Assembly: GCF_009914755.1 (NCBI RefSeq)
Contig: NC_060932.1
Source: the human T2T-CHM13v2.0 reference genome, Homo sapiens
DNA length: 64,000 bases
Reading direction: 5' to 3' (one strand)
Position 1 is the stretch's first letter; the number at the start of each line of letters is the position of its first letter. Below, piece after piece: positions 28,691 through 51,473 of the stretch. The position numbers and the translations under genes are program-made. The notes beneath the pieces were generated by a model that saw only the letters and a program-made list of their open reading frames with translations, did not search any database and was not told where the DNA came from.

Positions 28691-31328
28691 GAAAATTATG
28701 TCTTCTATCTAGTTCTGTCATGTAAGTGATATGAGTCCCTTCTGTTGCCTTGGCCCTGCACTTACAGTGCATTGTGACACAAAACTGGGCGCTGCACCCA
28801 GGTGATGTGATTCTTCTTTTTGGGTTCTGCCAAAAGAAAGCACTGAAACATATCACTTGGCTCAACATCTAGGTGATGTTTGTTTGCCTTTGCCTGTGCC
28901 CTGACCACGGGGAGATTGTGACATATTGCTGGGTCCAGCACCAATGTGAGGTCAGTCTCCAGCTTTGGTACTGGGCAGAAGAGACATTGTCACATATACC
29001 TAGGCCAATTGCCTAGGTGAAGTGAGTCTCCTCTCTTTCCAAAGTTCTGCCCACATAGGAATTTGTCATGTCACTGAAACCAACATCCAGGTAATGTAAC
29101 TCTTCTGCCAGGGTCCTGCCCACAAGGTGGGTTGTGACATCTCACTGGACCTGCACCCACGTGGGTGATGTGACTTTATGGCCTTGTCTCTGGCCACAGG
29201 TGATATTGTGCCATATACCTGAGACCATAACAAAAGCCTAATAACAACTTATGCCTAGAGCCAGGACATGTTCAGGATGGTGACTCTTATTCTTAAAACT
29301 TTGCACAAGTGTAATTTCGACATATACCTTTGCCCAGCTCTTGAGTGATTTAATAATTCTCCCTAAGTATAACCCACAAATCAGATTTTGACAAATATCT
29401 GGGCCAAGCACCTTGATGATTTGATGGTGCTATCTCAACAATGTCCTCAGGAGGGGTTGTAACATATTGCTGGACCCATTATCTAGGTTACATGGCTATC
29501 CTCTTTCGCCTGTACCCTTCTTCCTTTGGTAAATGTAACATTTCTAAACACTGCACCAAATGATATGACTCTCTTGCCTGGGCCCTGTCAACAGGCAGCA
29601 TTGTGACATATTTTTGGGCCCATCATTTAGGCGATATGACTCTCCTCTCTGCCTGGACACTGCCCACACGGGATATTGTGTCACAGAGCTGAACCTAGCA
29701 CACAAGTTATGTGATGTTTCTGACAGGACCATGCCTACAAAGAGAATATTGGAATATTTCCGGTCTAGCATTTAGGTGATGTGGCTGTTCTGCCTGCTTC
29801 GTAACTACAGAGGGAATTGTAACATATACCTAGGCATGGCTCACAGGAATGATAATGGCTCTCATATGTGGACTCAGCCAATAGAGGATATTATGACTCT
29901 TATAACTAGGTTTAGAGACATGCATGATGTCCTGCATCACCTTCTTCTAGAAAGGTCACAAAAGATTATAACACTCACAAATATTTTACAAAGTCTTTGG
30001 ATTATACAGGGTCAAAGCAGGGCTCACCACACGGGTGAAATTGTGAGCCTTGTATGAACATCTAGCTGACAGTAAGAACTGTCATCATCTCACATGGATG
30101 AAGACAACTATCACACCTGAAAACAGGACATGTGTGGTATTGTAAATCTCACCTATGGAGTTTTCTGACAGTGTGATAGTGACACAAATCTTTGCCAAGC
30201 ATCTGTGTAATTTGACTCTCCAGATTTGTTCAAGCCCATATATGGGATTGTGATATCCACCTAGGACAACCTCGTAGCCATGTGACTCTCCTGCCTGGGC
30301 CCTTCTCTCAGTAAGGATTGTATGTGACATAATACTGGATCTAGCACCCAGGTGATGTTACATTCTTGCCTGCACCATGCCCACCAAAATTATCGTGACA
30401 TATTTCTGTGTTCACCTTATAGGTTTTGTAACTCTCCTCTCTGTAATGGGCCCTGCACAAAGGAAGGGTAGTGACATCTTGCAAGTACAGACACACAGTC
30501 GAGGGTACTCTTTTGCCAGAGCCATGCCCAAAGGAGGGCATTGTGACATGTCTCAGGAGCCAGCACCTAGGTGTTGTAACTCTTTTTGCTGGGTGTTGTC
30601 CTAAGAGAGCCTTGTGACATATCTCAGGACCCAGCACCCAAGTGTTGTGGCTCTTCTGCCTGATTTCTGCCCACATGTTACATTGTGACATATTCCTAGG
30701 GAAGCATCTGGGTGATATGACTCTCTTCATCTGCCTGATCCCTGCCTACTGGGGTCATTGCAACATATCTCTGAGCCCATGACCTAAATGATGTGACTGT
30801 TTTTCTGCCTGGGCCTTCACCATAGGAGGATTTTGACACATTGCTGAGCCCAGCACTCAGGATATGTGACTCTACTCTTTTTTCCAAACCTTTCCCACAA
30901 AAAAAGCTCTTTTGACCATTGCAGGGCACAGCACCCGGATGATATTACTCTTCTGCCCGGGTTCTTCATAAAAAGAAAATTATGGCACATTTCATATTGC
31001 TGGGCCCAGCACCCTTATGATGTGACTCTTCTGCCTGTGCTGGAGCCACCGAAGGTATTTTGAAATATCTTGGGCTGGTTATGTACATGTTTTGGCTCTC
31101 ATAACTTGACTGGGTTTTTTCCACATGTGGGATAGTGTCATATTGCTGGATTAGAATTATAATAATGTGACTCTTCTGCCTGAGCCCTGCAACGGGATAC
31201 TATCACATATCTCTGGACCTAACAGCTAGGTGATATGTCTCTCCAGCCTGTGCCCTGCCCCCAGATGACATTTCGAAATATCACTAACACTAGCTTCTAG
31301 GTAATGTAACTCTCCTCTCCTGCCTCGG

Positions 31329-31811
31329 TGTAGGAGATTGGTCAGGGTGGTGGAAAAAACTGCAGAAAGATGCAAATCTTCTTTGAAGGCCAGAAGTTTT
31401 TATACAAAACCTTCAGAATAGGATTTGGCTTGAAGCAGGCAGATTCTCTTATCCGGTGCCTGAAAGCTTAAGTTAGATAACAAGGGGATGTTAAGAAACT
31501 GATCTAGATAAGTTAGTTTACTTAGGCCTCGGAACCTGGCCTTTAATCATTGGCAAAACTGCTCTCTTCAGGGAGGGCAACCATGTTAACTATCCCCAAG
31601 TGTGATGACTCAAGGCCTTTGTCATTAAATCTATACTGCATAAATGCCCACAGTGCCAGCTTGTGAGGGCTGTGGCTGCTGACTCTTTACAGCACCCTCC
31701 TCAGGGTCTGTAAGTGGCCTGGTCCCCTAGCGTGCTCTTTCACTGGATACCTGTGTCTGAGTGCATTCCTTCATACGTCGTTCAGCCAGGGTCTGTGGGT
31801 CAGACCCAGAA
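31329..31811 (+). mobile_element. 5' LTR (LTR22 family)
   Basis: Starts TGTAGGAGATTGGTCAGGGTGGTGG; direct repeat of 36066-36540. Confidence 0.9.
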
Positions 31812-31813
31812 GG

Positions 31814-31831
31814 TGGTGCCCCATGTGAGGA
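31814..31831 (+). promoter_or_regulatory. primer binding site complementary to tRNA-Met
   Basis: TGGTGCCCCATGTGAGGA, a 17/18 match to the complement of the elongator tRNA-Met 3' end as recalled (TGGTGCCCCGTGTGAGGA). Confidence 0.85.
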
Positions 31832-31959
31832 ACACTGCAACAAATCACCACAGAACTCTCAAAAATGAAGGTAAATAGACTGCACAGTCAGTAAGTCAGT
31901 CTTTGGTGCCCGCTCAGGATTTCCAAGTTCGAGGGCATTGTTCAGGCTGGGGTTTCATC

Positions 31960-32670
31960 ATGGGACAGCAGTTATCAGCACAATAGAAGCAGTATATAAA
32001 AGTATTGAAACAGCTGCTTAAAGCTAGTGGAGCCTCGGTTTCACAAGCTCAATTAAGGGACCTAATGCAAACTGTTGTATCCCATAACCCATGGTTCCTG
32101 GAAGAAGGTATGCTAGATGTAGAGCTCTGGGAACAGGTGCGGAGAAATCTTAAACAACATCATGTGCAAGGGCAATGGGTCCCAGTAACATCTTTAACGT
32201 TATGGGCTTTAGAACAGTTCTGGTCCTGCTCTACACAGAAGAGCCTAGACAGGGAAGGGAGGAAGAACCATCACCTACCTTACTGCCTCCTTATCCCTCA
32301 GCCCCGCCATCACTGGGCCAAAATAACAAAGAGGAAATGGAGGTTGTGCCTGAGCCTGCTCCTCCAATAGACTGAATAAAAGACAAGGGATACACTACAG
32401 CTATGGGACCCTGTCTTTGGCAAGTGGCATTAGAAGGGGAGCTCTTACCCTGTCCGGTAATGCAAGATCAACAAGGCAATCAGGTACATAAAGAGATAAG
32501 GAAAAGCATTAAAGATAACAAAGCTGCTAGCCCATTTACAAAAAGGATTAATTAAAGCTATAGCAAATAACTCCCGTATGACTCCACGGACTGGTCAGTG
32601 CTCACTAAAACAACTTTAAACACCAGTCAATACCTCTTCTGGAGGGCAGAAATTGATGAATTATGTCAAC
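31960..32670 (+). pseudogene. gag: HML-5 gag 5' remnant (matrix)
   Basis: MGQQLSAQ*KQYIKVLKQLLKASGASVSQAQLRDLMQTVVSHNPWF; stop at 31984-31986 and frameshifts downstream. Confidence 0.8.
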
Positions 32671-32679
32671 AGCAAACCT

Positions 32680-35500
<2,821 letters not shown>

Positions 35501-36065
35501 GACATGGCTAGGACCCAACCTGGTACCAGAAATGAAGAAAATGACCCTACAGGACCCACAGCCCTGGACGCTGTGGCTTCCTTGGACAACACAGGCCCCA
35601 GACATTATGCTGAAGAAGCAGAAGGCTTAGCAAATCCTGCTCCAAGCCGAAATACCTGTCACTCCAAATAATTTGTTCCATTTTTATTCTCTCACTCTGC
35701 CTACAACTGGTACCTGCTACACTCTATTGGGCTCATCTCTTAAATCCATCTTTCTTCTGCCCTGTTACTTAGACAAACACCCACTTCCCAGCTTCTAACA
35801 ACGTGACGGCTTGGCTAAAAGGGATTAATATACCTTCAGTGGGGTTCCGTAGCAATGGCACACATCAGACTAAGGTACCAGGTCACTCCTTGATTGGAAA
35901 ATAATGTTGCTAATAATACTCATGTTTGTCTTATGTTATTTACTAATTCTAGGATGAAAAGCCAGAATACAAGCAGTGACCACCACACCTGACAGACCTC
36001 TTGCTGCACATATCTGTACTCTCCAATTAACAAAACCTGATGCTAAAAACAGAAAAGAGGGGAGA

Positions 36066-36540
36066 TGTAGGAGATTGGTCAGGGTGGTGGGAAAAATTGT
36101 AGAAAGATGAAACCTTGGAAGGCTGGAAGGTTTTACAAAAGCTTCAGAATAGGATTTGGCTGAAGGCAGCCAGATTCTCTTATCCTGTGCCTTAAAGCTT
36201 AAGTTAGATAACAAGGGGATATAAAGAAACTGATCTAGGTAAGTTAGTTTACTTAGGCCTTGGAACCTGGCCTTTAATCATCTGCAGGACTGCTCTCCAG
36301 GGAGGGCGACTATGTTAATTATCCACAAGTGTGTTAACTCAAAGCCTTTGTTATTAAATTTATACTGAATAAATGCCTGCAGTGCCAGCATGTCAGGGCC
36401 ATGGCTGCTGACTCTTTATGGCACCCTCCTCAGTGTATGTAAGCTGCCTGGTCTGTTAGCTCGCTGTTTCACTGGATATCTGTGTCTGAGTGCATTTCTT
36501 CATCTGTCACTCGGTCAGTGTCTGTGGGTTGGACCAGGTA
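36066..36540 (+). mobile_element. 3' LTR (LTR22 family)
   Basis: Preceded by the polypurine tract AGAAAAGAGGGGAGA; roughly 85% identical to the 5' LTR by eye. Confidence 0.9.
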
Positions 36541-37144
<604 letters not shown>

Positions 37145-37199
37145 TTAACAGATTACAAAAAGCGCTGCTGAGTTTCTGAGAAGTAATATGTTAGGCAAA

Positions 37200-37725
37200 T
37201 TATTCTTTATCTTTGTGTAACATCATTTTAAAATCAACACATTATGTACACAGGAAAATGCAGAGATTTTAATGAGTTTTACCAACATTTAAATCCAGAA
37301 AGTTTCCTCAGGCCCCTTTCAAGTAGGTTTTCTCATCCTAATGAAAAACACTGTTCAAATTCCTCTTGCCCTGGAATAACTTTGCCTATTCTTAAGTTTC
37401 ACATGAATGAAATAAAAAAGTACAGACAATTTTGTGTCTGGCTTTTTCTACTCAGTATCTTGACTTTGAGATTCATCCACTTTGTTTCATGTATAAGTAA
37501 CTGCTTCTCCATTGCTGACTAGTATTCTTTGAATAAATACACCACAGATTGTTTATCACCCTCTTCTTGGACATGTTGTTTCTATTTTTAGGCTATTTTG
37601 ATTAAGGTGCTATTAACATTCTTATATGTCTTTTTGTGGACATATGCTTTCATTTACATTGAATAGATAGTTAGGAATGTAATTTCTGGGTTATATAGTA
37701 ACTGCATGTTAATTAAAAATACTAA
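37200..37725 (-). mobile_element. old L1M 3' fragment
   Basis: TTTGTGTCTGGCTTTTTCTACTCAGTAT...TTTGAGATTCATCCAC motif. Confidence 0.6.
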
Positions 37726-37730
37726 ACAGA

Positions 37731-39350
<1,620 letters not shown>

Positions 39351-39624
39351 AAGTCAAGATCTTTAACCTTAATCATAATCTCCCCAGCTCAAGATCTTTA
39401 ACCTTAATCATATCTGCAAACTGTCTTTTGCCAGGTAAGATAAAATACTCATAGGTTCTGGGGATTTAGATGTGATCATCTTTGGGGGTGATGGGCATTA
39501 TTTTGTCTGCCGAGCTCTGAATCCTATAACCCAGAAACTGAGCTAGTAAACATTGGCTCCATAACGTCAAATTTAAGAATAACTGAAGTTTCCAACTATG
39601 CTGTGGTAACAATGAGTACAGATT

Positions 39625-39935
39625 CTTTATTTTTTTTTTATTTTTATATATTTTTTGAGACGGAGTCTCACACTGCTGCCCAGGCTGGTGTGCAGTGGCG
39701 TGATCTCAGCTCGCTGCAACTTCCACCTCCCTGATTCAAGTGATTCTCCTGCCTCAGCCTCCTGAGTAGCTAGGACTACAGGCGCCTGCCACCTCACCTG
39801 GCTAATTTTCTGTATTTTTAGTAGAGATGGGGTTTCACTATGTTGGCCAGGCTGGTCTCGACCTCCTGACCTCGTGATCAACCCACCTCAGCCTCCCAAA
39901 GTGCTGGGAAACAGGTATGAGCCACCACATCTGGC
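39625..39935 (-). mobile_element. AluS-like
   Basis: Antisense Alu dimer. Confidence 0.9.
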
Positions 39936-39939
39936 CACG

Positions 39940-40688
<749 letters not shown>

Positions 40689-40888
40689 CAATAGTGCTTC
40701 TTTGTTTAAGATGAAGTGCCACAGCCTGTAGCTGATGACAAGTGCTTTCAGAGTCAGCCAAAAAGCTACTGGTAGACTACAAGAGACTAAAAATGACTGT
40801 GGTTAACTTACACCTGTATGTAATAATGGCAGTGGCATCAGTGCCCAAGGTGCAAATGGCCTTGTTGCTGTATTGGTAATAATGTGTG

Positions 40889-41184
40889 GGCTGGGTGTGA
40901 CAGCTCACACCTGTAATCCCAGCACTTTGGGAGGCTGAGGCAGGCAGATCACATGAGGTCAGGAGTTCAAGACCAACCTGGCCAACATGGTGAAATCCCG
41001 TCTCTACTAAAAATACAAAAAAATTAACTGGGCATGGTTGTGCACACCTGTAATCCCAGCAACTCGAGAGACCGAAGAAGGAGAATTGCTTTGAACCTGG
41101 GAAGCAGAGGTTGCAGTGAGCCAAGAACACGCCACTGGACTTCAGTCTGGGTGACAGAGTGAGAGTCTGTCAAAACAAAAAAAA
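40889..41184 (+). mobile_element. AluS-like
   Basis: Alu dimer with A tail. Confidence 0.9.
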
Positions 41185-41370
41185 GTGTGTGAAGCGTAGG
41201 TGCTCACAGAGTGGATATGGAAACAGGATCTGGAACACAGGCATGCACAGAGTTACTGCTTCTCTTGGGACTGTAGTGCAGACACACACCAGCTGTAGCA
41301 GATAACTCCAGTGTCAATTGTACATGTACTTATGGAGTATCTGAAGAGCTGGGGTCTAGAACATAGGCAA

Positions 41371-41690
41371 GGCCAGGCATGGTAGCTCACACCTGTAGTC
41401 CCAGCACTTTGGGAGGCTGAGGCAGGCGGATCGCCTGAGGTCAGGAGTTCGAGACCAGTCTGGCCAATATGGTGAAACCCCATCTCTACTAAAAATACAA
41501 AAAAAATAGCCAGGCATGGGTCACAAACGCCTATAATCCCAGCTACTAGGGAGGCTGAGGCACATGAATCTCTTGAAACCGGGAGGTGGAGGTTGTACAA
41601 AGTCAAGATTGCACCACAGCACTCTAGCCTAGGTGACAGAGTGAGACTCTTCATCCAAAAAAGAAAAAAGAAAAGAAAAGAAAAAGAAAA
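41371..41690 (+). mobile_element. AluS-like
   Basis: Alu dimer with an (AAAAG)n tail. Confidence 0.9.
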
Positions 41691-42359
41691 GAATCCAAAA
41701 AAGAAAACATAGGCGTGCATGGAGTGACAATGAGTCCAGGGTCCACAGTGCAGGCTAGCTCACTGTAGAGGTGGTTCTGATGTCTGAGACGGTGGGCACT
41801 CATGGAGCAGTGGTGGAACTGAACTCTGGAGCACAGATATGCAGAATGGCCATGCTTTCATGAGCTGGGGTAGGGCTAGCCAGCTGTGGTTGTAGTTTTG
41901 ATGCCTTGGTTGTGGGTATGCATGGTGCAGCCACAGAGCTTGAGACTGGAGTGCGGGCACACAGGGGGCATCTTTATCTCTAGTATGGAGATGGTTAGGG
42001 TTGTGGGTGTTGATGACTCCAGCCAGGGTGGTATGACAGTGGGTTTCTGGTGGGAACAGTAGCAGCTTTCTCTCCAGGAGTTGTGGGGTGGCAATGGCTT
42101 TTAGTTACTTCAATGGCAACGCTGGTGTCCTCTGCAGAACAGGCCACTGTTCTGGTGGAACCCAATTTGTGGCTGATACTGATAGCTTCTGCCCTTCTTT
42201 GTTCCTAGCCACCCTCAGACATCTCAGATATGTCAATCTCCCCAGCAATTCTTTCTGTGTGATTTTATTATTCATTTTTGGCTGTGCAGTGTTGCTGCAG
42301 GTTTTTAAATGGACATGTGAGCCCTCTTGAAGCTATTTGCATTCATGGCCAGCTCTGTA

Positions 42360-43608
42360 ATTTTTTTTTTATATTTCCAACTTTTATTTTAAGTACATGT
42401 GCAGGATGTGCAGGTTTGTTTTATAGGTAAATGTGTGCCACAGCGTTTTGCTGCACAGATCATCCCATTACCTAGGTATTCAGCCCAGCATCCATTAGCT
42501 GTTCTTCCTGATGCTCTCCCTCCTCCCACCTCCCACCCTCTGACAGGACCCAGTGTGTGTTGTTCCCCACCATGTGTCCATATGTTCTCATCATTCAGCT
42601 CACACTTGTAAGTGAGAACACATGGTATTTGATTTTCTGTTACTGTGTTAGTTTGCTGAAGATGATGGCTTCCAGCTCCATCCATGTCCCTGCAAAGGAC
42701 ATGATCTTGTTCCTTTTTATGGCTGCGTAGTATTCCATGGTATATCTATACCAAATCTTCTTTATCCAATCTATTATTGATGGGCATTTAGGCTAATTCT
42801 GTTATTGTGAATAGTGCTGCAGTGATCATACAAGTGCATGTATCTTTACAATAGAATCATTTATATTCCTCCGAGTATATACCCAGCAACGGGATTGCTG
42901 GGTCAAATGGTATTCCTGCCTCTAGATCTTTGAGGAATCATCACACTGTCTTCCACAACGGCTGAACTAATTTACACTCCCACCAACAGTGTAAAAGTAT
43001 TCCTTTTTCTCCACAACATCACCAGCATCTGTTGTTTTTTGACTTTTTAATAATCATTATTTTGACTGGTGTGAGATGGTATCTCATTGTGGTTTTGATT
43101 TGCATTTCTCTGATGATTAGTGATGCTGGGCATTTTTCTATATATTTGCTGGGTGCTTGTGTGCCTTCTTTTGAGAGGTGTCTGCTCATGTCCTTTGCCC
43201 ATTTTTTAATGGTCTTGTTTTTTTCTTGTACAGTTGTTTAAGGTCCTTATAGATTCTGGATATCAGACATTTGTTAGATGTATAGATTTCAAAAATTTTC
43301 TTCCATTGTCTAGGTTTTCTATTTATTATGTTAATAATTTCTTTTACTGTGCAGAGGCTCTTTAGTTTAATTCGATCCCATTTGTCAATTAGTACTTTTG
43401 TTGCAATTGCTCTGGCCTCTATGTTCTGAAATCTTTGCCCATGTCCATGTCTTGAATGGTATTGCCTAGGTTTTCTTCTAGGGTTTTTATAGCTTTGGGT
43501 TTTACATTTAAGTCTGTAACCCATCTTGCATGGATTTTTGTGTATGGTGTAAGGAAGGCATCCATTTTCGATTTTCTGCATATGGTTAGCCAGCTCTCCC
43601 AGCAGCTC
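42360..43608 (-). mobile_element. L1PA8-10-like 3' fragment
   Basis: Antisense L1 3' UTR (GTACATGTGCAGGATGTGCAGGTTTG...CCCAGCATCCATTAGCT) and ORF2 end. Confidence 0.85.
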
Positions 43609-43973
43609 TGTAATTTTTTAGAGACACGGTCTTTCTCTGTTGCCAAGGCTGGAGTGCAGTGGCACAATCCTAGCTCACTGCAATCTCAAATTCCAGGCTA
43701 CTTTTTAGTTTTCAAAAAGTTATTTATGTAATCTAGATTCAAGTTCAGCGTTAAATGTGTGGTTTGAAAATATTTCCCCCAGTCTGTAGCCTGTCTTTTC
43801 ACCCTTTACACAGAATTTTCATGTGCAAATATTTTTAATTTTTAAGTCTTGGTGATATTTAATTTACCAGTTTTTTTCTTGTATGTATTGTCTTTATTGT
43901 CAAGTCTAAGAATTTTTCACCAGTGCCAGGTACTGAAATTTTTCTCCTTAAGTTTTTTCAAAACTTTTATAGG

Positions 43974-44557
<584 letters not shown>

Positions 44558-44582
44558 CCACAATGATATAAGACTTCACACC

Positions 44583-46830
<2,248 letters not shown>

Positions 46831-47784
46831 AAAAAAAGACAGCTGAATTCTTACATCTGCTTCTACATTTAGTCTCCTGAAATATGTTGTTTTGCTTAAT
46901 GTTGCTGAAGAAAATCTGGCTTCATACAGATTCATAGTTGGTAAAAGGAATCACTTAGTAATCTTCCAACATGATTGTGAATATTATTCCTTCATACTCC
47001 ACCAAAATTGGACAAGATTAGTTGCAATGTGAAATCTGAAACTATTTTCACACACTTTTGTTACATTTAAATTAATATGGCAAAGACAAGTCTGCACGCC
47101 CATGTTTATTGCAGCACTATTTCCAAAATGAAGTTATAGAATCATCTTAAGTGTCCATAAATGTATAAATGGAGAGAGAAAATGTATGTATACACCATGG
47201 AATACTATTCAGCCTTTAAAAAGTAAGAGATTCTGTCATTTCCCACAACATGGATGACATCAGAGAATGTTCTGTTAAGTGAAATAAGGCAAATTCCGAA
47301 AGACAAATACCACATGTTCTCATGTAAAGGTGGAAAGTAAAACACTAATTGTTTTACTTCTGAGTTTAATACTCAGAAGCAGAGTGTATCCTGGTGGGAG
47401 TGTGGAAATGATAATCGAAGGGTACAGGGCCTCAATTAAATAGCAAAATTATGTTTGGACTTTTTGAGATCTATTGCACAGGTTGGTGAATATACTTAAT
47501 AATTGTGCACTGTCCATTTCAAAATTACTAAGACAGTACATTTCAAATGTTCTTAGCAAAAAAATCAAATATTTCAGGTTATGAGTATGTTCATTTGATT
47601 AATTTAATTATTTCATATTATACTAAAAATTTATGACATCACTTTGTACCCATAAATATATACAATGATAATTTGTCAACGTATAATACAATTTAAAAAA
47701 AAATCTAGTCTGACTCTTCAAATGGATCTGAACTCATGTATACCTTTGTAATGTCAAGCATTGGTCACTCGAAAAACATCTGTT

Positions 47785-48265
<481 letters not shown>

Positions 48266-48361
48266 TTAAACAGTCTTCAGAACAAAGAATTATACAGACC
48301 AATATATTAACAGTGTGGAGGTTGGGAAACTTCCACACTGTTAATAATTAACAGTTAATAA

Positions 48362-49228
<867 letters not shown>

Positions 49229-49549
49229 CGCCTTGTTATTTTTCTTAATGTTACAAACCACGCCTCATTCATTTTCAAGAAACTGTCTTAGAAATCCCCA
49301 AGCTTAAGTAATCAGTGTTTTTCAATTGTACTTGAAATTAATAATGTTCCATGAAAAAAGGAGTTCCTATTTCTCACAACACAATCAATCACAGAACTTG
49401 TTTTCCTCAAGACAACCATCATACTTCTATACAGTATAAATACTTAATGGCTATTTACTGTTTTTTGTTGTTGTTGTGAATGTGTGAGGTGAATAATGCA
49501 ATAACTAATAATACAATTTGGTGCCATTTTCTTATGAAGGTAGCAGTAG

Positions 49550-50902
<1,353 letters not shown>

Positions 50903-51357
50903 AAACATTGTTGACTTAAATCAACAATGCTTATTGCTGATTTCTATTAAAGGGTGGAAATTACTGCAATGTCCACCATTAAGTTTCTGATAAATAAATT
51001 AAAAAACCTTTGTATATACTGGAATAGAGTAAACCATACAACAAAACAGAACTCTGTCTGTATCAGGAAACCTTGTTTAATTTTAGGGAAAATGATATAC
51101 ATTTGAATACTAAAGTGCAATAATCCTCAAGATAGAGCAAGTGAAGAGATTATGGCACAGAGCCATTCTTTGATTCTGTTTGCTTCTCAAATATTTCAAA
51201 TATTTGTTTTATGAATATATAATATTTCCTTTTGAAACATGCCTCATATTTTTAGTATCTTTGCGCTGTGTTCAAAAGTAGGGTAGCATGGCCTTCTCAG
51301 GCAGTTCTGCTTGGAGATGAGCACAGCACGCTGTCTTGTACCTCTCCTCCCTGTTCC

Positions 51358-51366
51358 CAACTGTTA
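51358..51366. promoter_or_regulatory. candidate MYB/MYBL1 site in the putative promoter of the SEPTIN14-like copy
   Basis: CAACTGTTA fits YAACNG on both strands, ~110 bp upstream of the putative exon-1 donor; motif evidence only. Confidence 0.2.
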
Positions 51367-51379
51367 CAAACACAGTGAA

Positions 51380-51473
51380 TATTTATTTGGTCCACAACTT
51401 GGGACAGTGGAAAGGAGACCAGCTTGGAATCAGTTCGGACCTGTGTCTGCTGCACAGCTGAATCCCTGGGAAA
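51380..51473 (+). other. putative non-coding exon 1 of a SEPTIN14-like copy (5' end uncertain)
   Basis: Unique sequence ending in the strong donor GGAAA|GTAAGT (51474), 668 bp upstream of the exon-2 acceptor. Confidence 0.5.

Larger units (their letters stand above)
14182..31328 (-). repeat. complex beta-satellite (Sau3A/BSR-like) array with a ~4.8-kb higher-order unit
   Basis: Recurrent ~70-75-bp monomer CACCCAGGTGATGTGACTCTTCTGCCTGGGCCCTGCC...GGCATTGTGACATAT, the reverse complement of the canonical 68-bp beta satellite. A landmark motif recurs at ~14190, 19023, 23833 and 25589. Confidence 0.88.

Noticed and set aside
28437-28868. Lys/Glu/Arg-rich and Phe/Leu/Ser-rich ORFs
   Set aside because: Translations of the (GAAA)n microsatellite.
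14455-31063. Many 60-130-aa ORFs, some resembling each other, in the satellite block
   Set aside because: They are translations of the repeated satellite units, with no domain signal and inconsistent frames between units.
14182-31328. Repeat/spacer alternation superficially like a CRISPR array
   Set aside because: Primate DNA; the repeats are degenerate beta-satellite monomers, the spacers are themselves repeated, and there are no cas genes.
39355-39412. Short direct duplication TCAAGATCTTTAACCTTAATCATA
   Set aside because: A small local duplication at the edge of an MLT1 fragment; a common mutation type.
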